Source of the DNA: Marsupella aquatica
Lineage: Eukaryota > Plantae > Marchantiophyta
DNA: 64,000 bases
NCBI GenBank assembly: GCA_973895155.1
Contig: OZ316896.1
Location: 4,469,925-4,533,924, forward strand
Direction of reading: 5' to 3'
In this document: piece by piece, positions 13,960 to 24,471 of the stretch
Layout: every line of letters starts with the position of its first letter
Position numbering within the stretch: the stretch's first letter is position 1
The notes under the pieces: generated by a model
Told to the model about the DNA's origin: nothing
The model's database searches: none
The model's input: only the letters and a program-made list of their open reading frames with translations
Position numbers and translations under genes: made by a program

Positions 13960-16326
13960 ATGATTAGAAAAGATAGACTTACCATTGCAAATCTAAAAAA
14001 ACGCAAAATTAAAGATATTTTTAAGTATCCCTGTTGTGACAAGTTTTGCTTGAGGTCTCTGGGTCTAGAGGAATGCTCAAAACAACGCAAGTATTATTTT
14101 GGTCTTAAACACTTGCAAAAAATATTTTGCTACGAGGTTGTATCATGAACAACTGTAGTACTTCTCGTGGATATAGTGTAAATGGACAACCTATATGTAG
14201 AGGAGGATTCAAGAAACTATATTCTTTAGGTAATAATAGATTGGCAACAATCCATGCAAACATGTTTACAAGGATTGAACGAGATACCTTTTGTAAGGAA
14301 GACTCACCTTCATTTCTAAACTTGGTGGAATGGTTGAAAGATTTTTTCCAAAAAAATATGGATAGTCTTCCCCATAAAGAGATTCATCACTTGCCAGACA
14401 ATTGGACAAAGCAAGAGATACATGGAATTTTTGAAGCTGAAACAATGTTGCGAGAAGAACAACAAGTTACATATTCTTATTTTTTGCGTGTTTGGAAAAA
14501 AAACTTTCCAAATGTACGAATTCCTAAAAGGAGTCGATTTTCTACTTGTGGTCCTTGTACTGAATTCAAGGCTCTTCGGGACAAAGCAACAACTGAAGAG
14601 GATAAAAGTAAGTTCCACTAACTATAACCTTCAACGTTAATTTGATGACATGTAATTCAATATTTGTCAAAGTTTATCCTTAAGTAGTTATTGATTTTTA
14701 ATTCATTGCTATTGTATCATTTCAGGAAAGTACATCAATGCCCTTATGGAGCATCGAAAAGTACAATCATTGGAAAGGATGAAGTTAGCCAAGCATCGTA
14801 AAAAATGCTATGATGAGCCCAACAAGTATTTGGTTATTTGTATAAATGGTATGGATCAAAAGAAAACAGAGCTACCACATTTTCTTCGTTGTCCAAAGAA
14901 CATGGATGAAAAATATTTCATTCCAATACATGTTGTAGGTTGTCTCATCTTCAACAGGAACCTTGCAGCAAAAGTATTTTTGACATATCCCAATATCCAT
15001 AATGATGCAAACTTGACCATACATGTTATTCAAAATGTATTGAATACATGGGATGGGACATTACCAAGAGTGTTATATCTTCAATTAGATAATACCACTA
15101 GGGAAAACAAGAATAAATTCTTGATGACTTATCTTTACATGTTAGTAGATTTGAAGATTTTTGACAAGATTAAAGTGGGTTTCTTGTTGGTCGGTCATAC
15201 ACATGACCAGATAGATCAGATGTTTAGTAAATTTTTGTCTAGGTTAAACAAGCACAAAGCATTTCGCTTGGAGACTCTTGAGGATATTCTTTGACGAGTA
15301 TATTCAACTGAAGCTTTGATCATATTTGTGGATGAAGTAGCCGATTTTCAAAAATTTGTTAATGAAAATGACCAGCCAAATGAGAAGGGAGTCTCAGGTA
15401 GAGTCTTGAGAGATCTCAATCTCATAACTTTTCAAAGGCAATTCAGATTCAAACGAGTCATGGAGGATGGAAACGAAGAGACAACATTTCACGGGAAACA
15501 TCTTTCCACGACCCAGGATTGGGGAGATGCATTGACGTTCGTCAATTACATTCCAACTTCAAGAATGTGGGTTGCTGCACAAATGTCACTGAAGTCAGCA
15601 AAAGGTGTTGAGAGGGATGATGTCCATGATTCTTCCAATACAGATGGTGCATTAACTACTCTGGTGAAATATGAAAAATCTATCCAGGAAGGTTTCAATT
15701 ACTTTGACAATGAAGATAAACTTTGGTGGATGAGTTTTTTTGAGAAACAAAAAGATATTATCAAAAACCACCTAGATGAAGGTGAGTGGTTATTTGAGTG
15801 GGTTTGGCCGCAACAAAATCAAGGTGCACAACTACTTCAAAGGGTGAGAAATGAACTTGTTGAAGAAGGTGTTGATCCAACTTTGGTTGACAAAGTTGAT
15901 GGACCACAGAGAATTATGTACTCCGGACCTCGACAAAAGCAAGTTGAATTTGGAGATTTCAGAGATATGGAAGTTAACAATAAGTGATCCATGATATGTG
16001 TAGCGGCACACAAGAATCCAGAAGGCAAGTTGTTTTGGATGGCAAAGGTGTAAAAGATTTTGACAAGAACTGCAAACATTCCTGAGAGAATCAAAATCAC
16101 ATGGTACACAACTGAGGCAAGTGCTGAGTCTGCTATTGATGGGAAATATTTTCCAGAGAAAGATAATATATCTAATCGACTTCTCCAAGATGAACGAGTT
16201 CTATCATCAACAGCGGTGTATGCATACAACTTTGCGCTTTTAAGTACTAATCAAATAGCAGCAAAAACTAAAAAAATTATAGAGTCTGCTATATTAGAGC
16301 GAGGTTCTGCACACTCAGAGGATTGA
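13960..16326 (+). pseudogene. DDE-type transposase, DUF7869/Sola-like, with intron ~14608-14725 and several stops and frameshifts
   Basis: Cys-rich N-terminus (CCDKFC, CRGGF, FSTCGPC), INGMDQKKTELPHF, LYLQLDNTTRENKN, GFLLVGHTHDQIDQMFSK; TGA at 15292-15294; C-terminal FWMAKV...IKITWY beta-barrel-like segment. Confidence 0.8.
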
Positions 16327-16337
16327 GATTGATGTCT

Positions 16338-17230
16338 TTAAACAGGTACATGCATCAATTTTAGAATTTGATCTCGAATGAATTTTCTAAGGTTACATGC
16401 TCTTTTACAATTATACCATTTTTGGGTAAATAAAGACTGTGCATCAAGGCATTGTGTAATATGCCATTGAATTCTGATTTTGTCCATATTTTGAAGAACA
16501 AATAGACCACAATCCGAATTGTTTGGTTGTTCAAGTACTTGAGAAAGAATCTTAAAGTTAGTCCAAAGTGTTTAATAATTGAACTAAATAAAAGTTGAAA
16601 TAGCTTTTCAAATCCTTACCATTGGATTGTAAATCTCCACAACTCCCATTGGAACTTTTCCAAAAAATAATTCCCATTCCATTGTAAAATATCTGCAAAT
16701 TATCATTCAAAGTTCTTAGTCCAAAGTGTTTATATTTATGTACCACATAAATATATTCAAATTGAAAAAATGTAATAGAATAGATAGATACCTGCTCAGT
16801 ATTGATCCAATTACATGGGTTGAGTGTAGACCGGCGAGAGAGTCTAGAGATGATACATTTTGATCGAAGATTCAATCCAATCCAAACATATTACAACCAG
16901 ACTCCAGTGCATGCTCATGTGAATTGGCATGAGAATGACCTCAATTTGGGAAAATGGTGGCTTGTAATAATTCCGCATCTTTTGAATTGATTCCAACAAG
17001 GTCTCAGCTGGTTCTGTTTCAATCCTTGAAACAAGCCAAGGGTAAAAAAAAGAGGATAATATGTTTACTGAGGGAGCCAGATCTCCATGTTCCTCGGTTA
17101 TTAATTGTGGGTAAAATTCCATTATTTCATCACCCAAATATTGACCGGGTTCAAGTTGGCTCAATGTTTTATTGTCCAAAAGAAATCCACTAGAAGGATT
17201 GTGTGAGAATCTATGCAGAACATGTTTCAA
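16338..17230 (-). pseudogene. Ulp1/C48 (SUMO-type) cysteine protease, disrupted
   Basis: LEPGQYLGDEIMEFY, ILSSFFY, MPIHMSMHWSLVVI (catalytic His), DSL after a frameshift, and QPNNSDCGLFVL (catalytic Cys) at ~16495-16530; stop at 16338-16340. Confidence 0.8.
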
Positions 17231-17363
17231 TACAAAATCCTCCTTTGGTTCCTACAAAGACATTACTTTGTGAAATAAGAACATAGTCCAATCATAATCT
17301 TCCTCAATATTTCACAAGTTTGGATTAATAGATACAACATGACAGAACTAATCAAACTTAAGT

Positions 17364-18473
17364 CTACACCTCAAGGAATGAGCCAAGATCAAGTGTCGAA
17401 GCTTCATGTTCCACTTCATCCTCTTCATCCTCATCATTGTTGTTCTCCTCCGCGGTTGTAATGATGCAAGTTCCAGTGGTGAGGGTGCTCGTAGTACCAC
17501 CAATAGGTGGTTGAACCTCAAAGCTCATGGGTCCTGTACCCTCCTCGGTTGCTTCATCATTCAAGTCCCACGATTCATCAAGCATGACAAGTCGGGTCCG
17601 GATACAATCCACCTGGCTTGCACTGAGCTCCACGGCTGTCACCGGACGTTTCCCTAACAAGGCAGCGCATGAGGTCAAACCACTCCCCGCACATAAATCA
17701 GCAACCCAATCCCCTGCTTCACTAAAATGTTGAATGAACCAATCTGCTAGAGCTATCGGCTTCTGGTAAGGGTTCACTATTTCCCCCAATGGTGTTACAC
17801 ATTTCTTTGTAATACAAGGGACTTTTATGATGTTTACCTTTTTCTCATCATGTTCAAAATTGTACATGTCTCTGGTCCTAATACCACTCTCGTGATAATA
17901 TCCGATTGACCAGTTTTCAAAAGCCCAAGCCAATCGATTCCCGGAAGGATGAGCATGTACATTTGGCTTCTCCCAAATTCCAGCCTCTACACCTACGTTA
18001 CAAGTTTTTCCAAGAGCATTCATCACAGACCAACTTTGCTGCAAAGAGTGAATCACAACAAACCTCCACATCTTTGAACTTGTCACCTTGGCAAAACACT
18101 TCACCATATCCACAATATCACTCTCTGAAAATGGGACCTCATCATTTTCAGAGCCAGGCGCATTGAATCCATAAGGAATGTCTGCAATTGCAAGTGTGTA
18201 ATTCCTTTTCTCTACAAACTTATCCAGCGCCCTGACATCTCCACAATGCAATGTATATCTGATGAAATTTCTGTCAGCATTTTTCCATCGATGGTCACTC
18301 GACTTTGCTTCAACCGTTTCAATCCCACAACGATGGTTGTAGTTCTCAATCGCTTCTTGAACATAATTCTTAAACCTTGGGGGAATAACACTCGAAGTCA
18401 GCTCCTCCGTAGGTTTCTCAACCGCATCGGCACCAATTGCATCCTTGTTCTTCTTCTTCGAAAAAGCTTTCAA
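17364..18473 (-). CDS. Beta-class (circularly permuted) N6-adenine/N4-cytosine DNA methyltransferase catalytic exon, open reading frame
   Basis: Motif IV LAIADIPYG precedes NPYQKPIAL...GDWVADLCAGSGLTSCAA...VTAVELS (motifs X, I, II); TTGCAG acceptor at 18474. Confidence 0.88.
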   Translation of the reverse strand: MKAFSKKKNKDAIGADAVEKPTEELTSSVIPPRFKNYVQEAIENYNHRCGIETVEAKSSDHRWKNADRNFIRYTLHCGDVRALDKFVEKRNYTLAIADIPYGFNAPGSENDEVPFSESDIVDMVKCFAKVTSSKMWRFVVIHSLQQSWSVMNALGKTCNVGVEAGIWEKPNVHAHPSGNRLAWAFENWSIGYYHESGIRTRDMYNFEHDEKKVNIIKVPCITKKCVTPLGEIVNPYQKPIALADWFIQHFSEAGDWVADLCAGSGLTSCAALLGKRPVTAVELSASQVDCIRTRLVMLDESWDLNDEATEEGTGPMSFEVQPPIGGTTSTLTTGTCIITTAEENNNDEDEEDEVEHEASTLDLGSFLEV

Positions 18474-18949
18474 CTGCAAACATAAACTTGTTAAAAGAAT
18501 CCGGAGAAAAGACAATGGGGAGATAACCATTTAGGAATTCAAACAATCAAATCTGGATGATAAATGCGACATGGAATACCCCGTATCCCAGTTCGCATTC
18601 AACCAAGCACAAACCACATTGAAACATCACCAACGTCAAATAACCACAAGTGAATCCGAGATGGGATACCCCGTATCCCACTTCGCGTTCAACCAAGCAA
18701 AAACGACATGAAACATCACAAACGTCAAATAACCACAAGTGAATACGAGATGGGATACCGCGTATCCCACTTCGCATTCAACCAAGCAAAAACCACATTG
18801 AAACATCACCAACATCAAATAAGCACAAGTGAATCCGAGATGGGATACCCCGTATCCCACTTCGCATTCCAACAAGAAATCCACGAAGAAAACCTCCGAA
18901 CATGGCAAAACAAATAGAAAAGTCCAATCAATGGAAGGGGAGAACATAC

Positions 18950-20779
18950 CACATCGGACAATTTCTCACTCCATCTTTCGAGCTCGGCAGATTCTGTTTC
19001 TTTCGGAAACATTTGTTTGCAAGTCGCCCAGTCTGGCTGCCCTGACAACTGAACAAAAAGCTTGTTGATTTTCACAAGTTTCTTGTAACTCTCGGCTTCT
19101 TTTGCCATCTGCTCCAAAGAGATCATCCGGTCTTTCACTCGGAGAAGAAGGGACTCCAAAAATTGGTCGTGTTCAATTCCCTGGATTGCTCTCCAAGGTG
19201 TCAGGGTAAGGCCCCCTGCAAGCTTATTCAAAGCTTTTGGAATCGACTGCGCTTTTCCCTTTCCTTTCTTGAGTTTCTTGATCGATGACTTCTGCTTATT
19301 CTACCCATTGATCTCCAACTTGTTCCACATCTCAAAGATCTGGTCTTGGAGTTCCCAGACCTTACCCGACCTAAACGCAATTTGGAAGAGAGGCTCATGC
19401 TTCTTCAGGCTTGTGGCGTCCCCCGAAAAAAACCCGTCGAGGCAAACCTCCATCGCACACGCTTCTCTAGTCTCCTTGGTTTTTGCCATTCCTCTGGCAA
19501 GGAAAATCTTATGCATTGTTCGGATTTGATCAATGTTGTTCATTTTTTTCCTGTACTCCTAATCAATATTATGTTGGATGCTAAGTTTCTGAATGTTCTC
19601 CCTTGTGAGACCAGCATACACCCAAGCTTGGAGTTCATTGAAGATCTCTCTCCCATAAGCCTGATAGTTACAATTCTCTCTTAGCCCGAGCACCGTGATT
19701 ACCTCCAATCACTCGATATCTCTAGCTCGTTGCTATCGTTGAGTTCTCGTCGTCAATATCGTCAACAAGAAGCAGGTTAGTTGATTTCAGAATAACTATT
19801 ATCTTCTGAACTCGCTTGGTCTCCATCAATCAAGACACTTCTTCACAAACCATAAGTGTCTCTTCCCGCTGCAAAGCTGTGGTGATATCTGTTGAATCGT
19901 TTTTCTTTTCTTTAACAGCTCCCCTAGATGATAAAGAAGGCCCACCTGACAAAGTTGAAGGAATCTGAGACGGTGTCTGTGAAATTGGTGGGACCAAAGA
20001 TGAGACAACACTTCCGGGTGCAGAAGGCGCGCGCTTTTGGATGTCACGTCGATCCAATTTCTTCTTGCCAATAGCTTCTCCTGACACCGCTACTTTAGAA
20101 CCTTCCCCGGAGAGTTGATCTGCAAGCTTCCTCTTTGTCGGGTTCCTTAAAAGAAACTATGGCAGATTTCTCCTTTGTCGAGGGTGTTCTAGACATTTCC
20201 CCTGACTTCGAAGCCGGATCGGTAGGCTTCGCCACTTTCAACTTCAAAGGCCGCTCTTTGACGCCAAAGTCGGCTCCAATGATGGACCTATATGCTACCT
20301 TGGTAAAATCCTCAACAACCGACCAAGACTTCAAGACAAATTTCAAACACCAATAAGAAAAGTCCTCAATCTCTGGCACTTCCGAAATTAGCTTGTAGAT
20401 CGGGTCATTAGGAAATGTGTTCATCGAGACCCGATCAAGTTTCTCGTAGTTGAGGACAACTACAGTGAAGGCATTGTTCGGAAGAATGCAAAGGTACATT
20501 GGAATCTTCTTCAGCTATTTTGTTTTTGAGTTAGTGATATCCGCCTCCCCAGTGTCCACGACTAATCCATAATGGCAATGGTCTTTACCCTTAACTATAA
20601 CCAACCACACCGCTGGACCTTCATAGGCTCTGTGAATATCCATCGCCCGAGCATCCCTGAAGTACCACCTATTCCTCATGAGTTTCTCCTCCGTGTAAAG
20701 GTCCTTCTTCCAAATCTCATCGACGATGGATGTCCATGAAGACTGGGTCGAACCAGACGACTTGGATTTGCTCGACATG
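18950..20779 (-). pseudogene. N-terminal part of the methyltransferase gene, including a ParB/Srx-like domain; has stops and frameshifts
   Basis: Starts MSSKSKSSG; manual translation ~19735-19545 gives YRVIGGNHGARAK...AWVYAGLTRENIQKLSIQHNID; GTATGT donor at 18949 joins in frame to the MTase exon. Confidence 0.6.
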
Positions 20780-21652
20780 ATCCTGAAAAAGATTGACACA
20801 CTTAGAACCAGACCAAATTTTGGGCATAAACATTCAAAAGAAGTAGTTGAATGCAAGATCGGATACGCGGTATCCCACTTCGCATCCAACATCAACAATT
20901 GCCTAGAGTCTGATGCAAAGAACGAAAAAGAGGGAGTTGAATGCAAAATGGGATACGCGGTATCCCACTTCGCATCCAACCTCAACAATTGCCTAGAGTC
21001 TGATGCAAAGCACAAAAAAGAGGGAGTTGAATGCGAAATGGGATACGTAGTATCCCATTTCGTATTCAAAGTCAACAAACAGCGAGGAGGTTCGGATGGA
21101 AGACTAAAAAGAGGGTGTTGGATGCGAGATGGGATACGCGGTATCCCATCTCGTATTCAACATTGAAAAGAATACTCTCTACGTATTCAATAGAGAGTTG
21201 AATACAAAGTGGGATACGGCGTATCCCACTCAGGATTCAACAATGAAGTGCGCCAAGGAGGTGAGAGTTTCTTGAGTTTTTACCTATTATTTGTTTCGAT
21301 TCGAGCAAATACAAAAAGCTATAGAGATGTTGCGGCCCAAGAAAAATGCTGAGGCAAGCGAAGTTGAGAAGAAAAAGAAATGAGCATAAACTTTCTGACC
21401 AGGCGATAAGGTTTCCACAGGCGATAAGGTTTCCACAGGTGTATCCAAAAGCGTAGGGTTGGAGTCCGGAGGTCTATTTATACTTTTTTCTCTTGATAGG
21501 ACTTTGTTTTTGACTAGAGATAAGGCATATCCCCAAGTCCTTGTATTAAACCAAATAGATTTTACGCGTAGCGAATGGGGTTGATGCAAGGGTAATCACA
21601 AAACTTTTTATTCATCCGAAATTGTGCCACAAAATAAACTAAGTTGATATTC

Positions 21653-22270
21653 TTAAAAAGAGTCTTTACAAAGTGCCCATTCAAGATAAGCAGTCCAAAA
21701 CATGAATGGAAAGGCTCTAAACCAGACTAGAAGCGCTTCCCCATACATTTCCAAGAGCCTCGCTTGCTCATCTTTCTCAAGATTGTGCCGGTCTTCTTGA
21801 AATCGATTTAGGTCAGACCTTGAAAATAAACCTAAGAAATCGATTGGAGGAAGATTCAGTGTTTCCATCCTAACAAAAGCTTCAATATGAACATTCTGAA
21901 GGGGTTTTCCATCGGGAATGCTTGTCAGCATTTCATTTACTTCCTCAAACTGGCTTTTTGCTAGTCTAAGAATACCCCATACTCGTGTACGAATTACGAG
22001 CTGGTTCCATTTCTTGGAGGTGCATCCAAGCCACACCATTGTTTTTAATAGCATCAATCTTTCATCAGCTTGGTTCTTGGAGGAATCAAATTTATCCTCT
22101 ATACAACAAACTTTCAAAATGGGCCAAATGAACGTTTCAACAATCTCATCAGGAAGTCCATCCAAAAGCAATCTGGATTCCCTTTGGCCACTTTTTTGTT
22201 GAATTTGTTTCTTCTCTTTGTCAAATGACATCGCTAACCTTGTAAAGACAGGGTTCTCAGTGACGGCCAT
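21653..22270 (-). CDS. F-box-like protein (transposon cargo)
   Basis: LLDGLPDEIVETFIWPIL...LGCTSKKWNQLV matches the F-box pattern (LPDEI...CKxW); 205-aa open ORF. Confidence 0.6.
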   Translation of the reverse strand: MAVTENPVFTRLAMSFDKEKKQIQQKSGQRESRLLLDGLPDEIVETFIWPILKVCCIEDKFDSSKNQADERLMLLKTMVWLGCTSKKWNQLVIRTRVWGILRLAKSQFEEVNEMLTSIPDGKPLQNVHIEAFVRMETLNLPPIDFLGLFSRSDLNRFQEDRHNLEKDEQARLLEMYGEALLVWFRAFPFMFWTAYLEWALCKDSF

Positions 22271-22446
22271 TCCAAAATAAGAGTGGATACCTGGAGTAAT
22301 AAATGAGATGGTGAGCTCTTTCTCAGCAACCTACAAAACAATGATGGAAAAACTGATTTTATTTCTTTGATCAAAAGAAAAATATATTCACTTAATGTTT
22401 GACCCAAGAATGTTCACCTAAACACTTACACACTAATCAAGAAGAT

Positions 22447-22836
22447 TCAAAGCGATAAGTTAACCCAAGGATCTTCGTTCCAAATCCGACAACACAAATA
22501 TGCCAATCGATGATATTTGTTTTGGGCATCACGACAATAATTACAAGAAGAATTAACAGAGTGCAGACAACCACTCAAACATATCCTCGACCGAATCGGA
22601 ACTCCGTCCTCATTTTTTTCACAAAACTCTATTCGGAGTGGATTCAAACTATCATGTGGATCCACGTCTCCCGTCCATAGCGCGCCTAATCCAGGACGAA
22701 GAACTTTGAGTGCAACTAATCGCTTATACAATCGACGAGCACGTTTCTCACGGTTTTGATTCTGGACCGCCATTAGACTCACAAGAGAAAACTTCGTTTT
22801 TCTTGGAAAGCTTAAGCTTGAGTCGGTGTCGGTCAC
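22447..22836 (-). CDS. Small Cys-containing hypothetical protein of the TIR element
   Basis: 129-aa ORF with CxxGC...CxxC; no family recognised. Confidence 0.3.
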   Translation of the reverse strand: MTDTDSSLSFPRKTKFSLVSLMAVQNQNREKRARRLYKRLVALKVLRPGLGALWTGDVDPHDSLNPLRIEFCEKNEDGVPIRSRICLSGCLHSVNSSCNYCRDAQNKYHRLAYLCCRIWNEDPWVNLSL

Positions 22837-24082
22837 TGAAAGGCAGCAAGAGCTTCAGTGCGTGTTTAGGTTAACTTCGCCTACGAAACAATCAGCAATC
22901 CATAAGGTTTTTCCCATCATTCAAAAAAACTCTAGGTAAATACCACATGAGATACCCCGTATCCCACTTCGCATCCAACCTCCATTTTTAGCTAAAGAGA
23001 AATCAAAATTGGACATTTGAAGAGTGAATCTTAAACGGGATACGTCGTATCCCATTTCGCATTCAACGTTGAGGTTTTGACATTTGGAGTCTAAGATGCT
23101 TCATATTCGGAGGTTGGATGCGACATGGGATACCCCGTATCCCACTTCGCATCCAACCTCCGTTTTTAGCTAAAGAGAAATCAAAACTGGACATTTGAAG
23201 AGTGAATCCCAAACGAGATACGTCGTATCCCATTTCGCATTCAACATTGAGGTTTTGACATTTGGAGTCTAAGATGCTTCATATTCGGAGGTTGGATGCG
23301 ACATGGGATACCCCGTATCCCACTTTGTAGGGGTATCCCATGTCGCATCCAACCTCCTTTTTTAGCTAAAGAGAAATCAAAACTGGACATTTGAAGGGTG
23401 AATCCCAAACGGGATACGCCGTATCCCATTTCACATTCAAAGTTGAGGTTTTGACATTTGGAGTCTAAGATACTTCATATTCGGAGGTTGGATGCGATAT
23501 GGGATACCGCATATCCCACTTCGCATCCAACTCCTTTTTTAGCTAAAGTGAAACAAAAACTGGAATTTGAAGGTTGAATCCCAAACGGGATACGCCATAT
23601 CCCATTTGGGATTCGTCCTCACCATTTTCAAGAAGATTCTCACCTGTTAGTCAAAACTGATTTTTGGGGAATACAAGTTTGTATAGACGGTGTGCATTCG
23701 TCTAGAGTAAGAGTAAGAGAGCGAGAAAAAATGAGCGGAAAATTCTCAAGCGGTGATCTCCTATTTATAGTTTTCTCTCTGACCGTGGTTAGTATTTGAC
23801 TGCAGTTGCATCGCAGTCAGTTAAATGTTATCGTTGAGAAGAATCGTTTTGGAATATTCTTGTCGGGTAAACCAATATCGGCACTTTTACTGCGTTTGTT
23901 TTTGTTTTTTTGGAATTCCGTGGTTGGATCCGAAATGGGATACGCCGTATCCCATTTTCGTATTCGTGTCGATTTTTCCCATTTTTTCAATTCAAAAAAC
24001 TAGTTTTTAGGGGGAATACTAATTCCGTATCCAAGACTTTTTTGCCTTAGAAACTTTTTTCGCCGCGGGCAAAACGAGAAGT

Positions 24083-24117
24083 GTGGTCACACTTCTCGTT
24101 TGGTCCGTCACCGTGTT
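24083..24117 (-). repeat. Right terminal inverted repeat
   Basis: gtggtcacacttctcgtttggtccgtcaccgtgtt followed by TSD caag. Confidence 0.92.
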
Positions 24118-24471
24118 CAAGTTATTAGCTGATTGGATCCCCATTCTATCCAACACTGTCCCCTAGCCTATCTAACTTGACATATGTAACTGACTGGCCA
24201 AAATGTTTGACACTACATTCTCCCCCAATAAACCAATAGGACTCATCAGAATTTGCCTAATAAAGTCAGAATCTGACTCACTTCATGCACCTGGACCACT
24301 TTGTCATCATCTATTTCAAACAATTCAAAACCTAAGTCCTCAGAAAATCCATTGCATCCCAAGCCCGATCCCCAGTTGCTTCAACCTCAACAGTGATTGT
24401 ATTAATCAGCACGGGGTCATTCCATCCTGATTTCTCTTGAACATGGTACCCAAATGCTTGTAAGTTACTCT

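Larger units (their letters stand above)
11305..23965. repeat. Dispersed ~40-bp palindrome family, about 25 copies: 11305; 11888-12090 (3); 12951-13322 (4); 18560-18872 (4); 20846-21240 (5); 22946-23615 (8); 23926
   Basis: Examples: ttgaatgcgaaatgggatacgtagtatcccatttcgtattcaa (~21027), ttggatgcgacatgggataccccgtatcccacttcgcatccaa (23114), gaataccaagtgggatccgtggatcccacttggtattc (12951). Confidence 0.95.
10969..24117 (+). mobile_element. 13.1-kb cargo-carrying cut-and-paste DNA transposon (DUF7869/Sola-like transposase), 35-bp TIRs, 4-bp TSD CAAG
   Basis: The left end aacacagtgatggaccaaacgagaagtatgaccac matches the reverse complement of 24083-24117 at 32/35. CAAG lies at 10965-10968 and 24118-24121. 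The empty site taggaccaagtcact is visible in the sister LTR at ~26201-26215. Confidence 0.92.

Noticed and set aside
17364-18473. Bacterial restriction-modification system or contamination
   Set aside because: No endonuclease is present. The gene has a spliceosomal intron and lies inside a TSD-flanked element nested in plant retroelement DNA.
18560-23615. Palindrome arrays as true CRISPR arrays
   Set aside because: No cas genes, eukaryotic context, degenerate repeats, and spacers within these arrays are mostly copies of each other.
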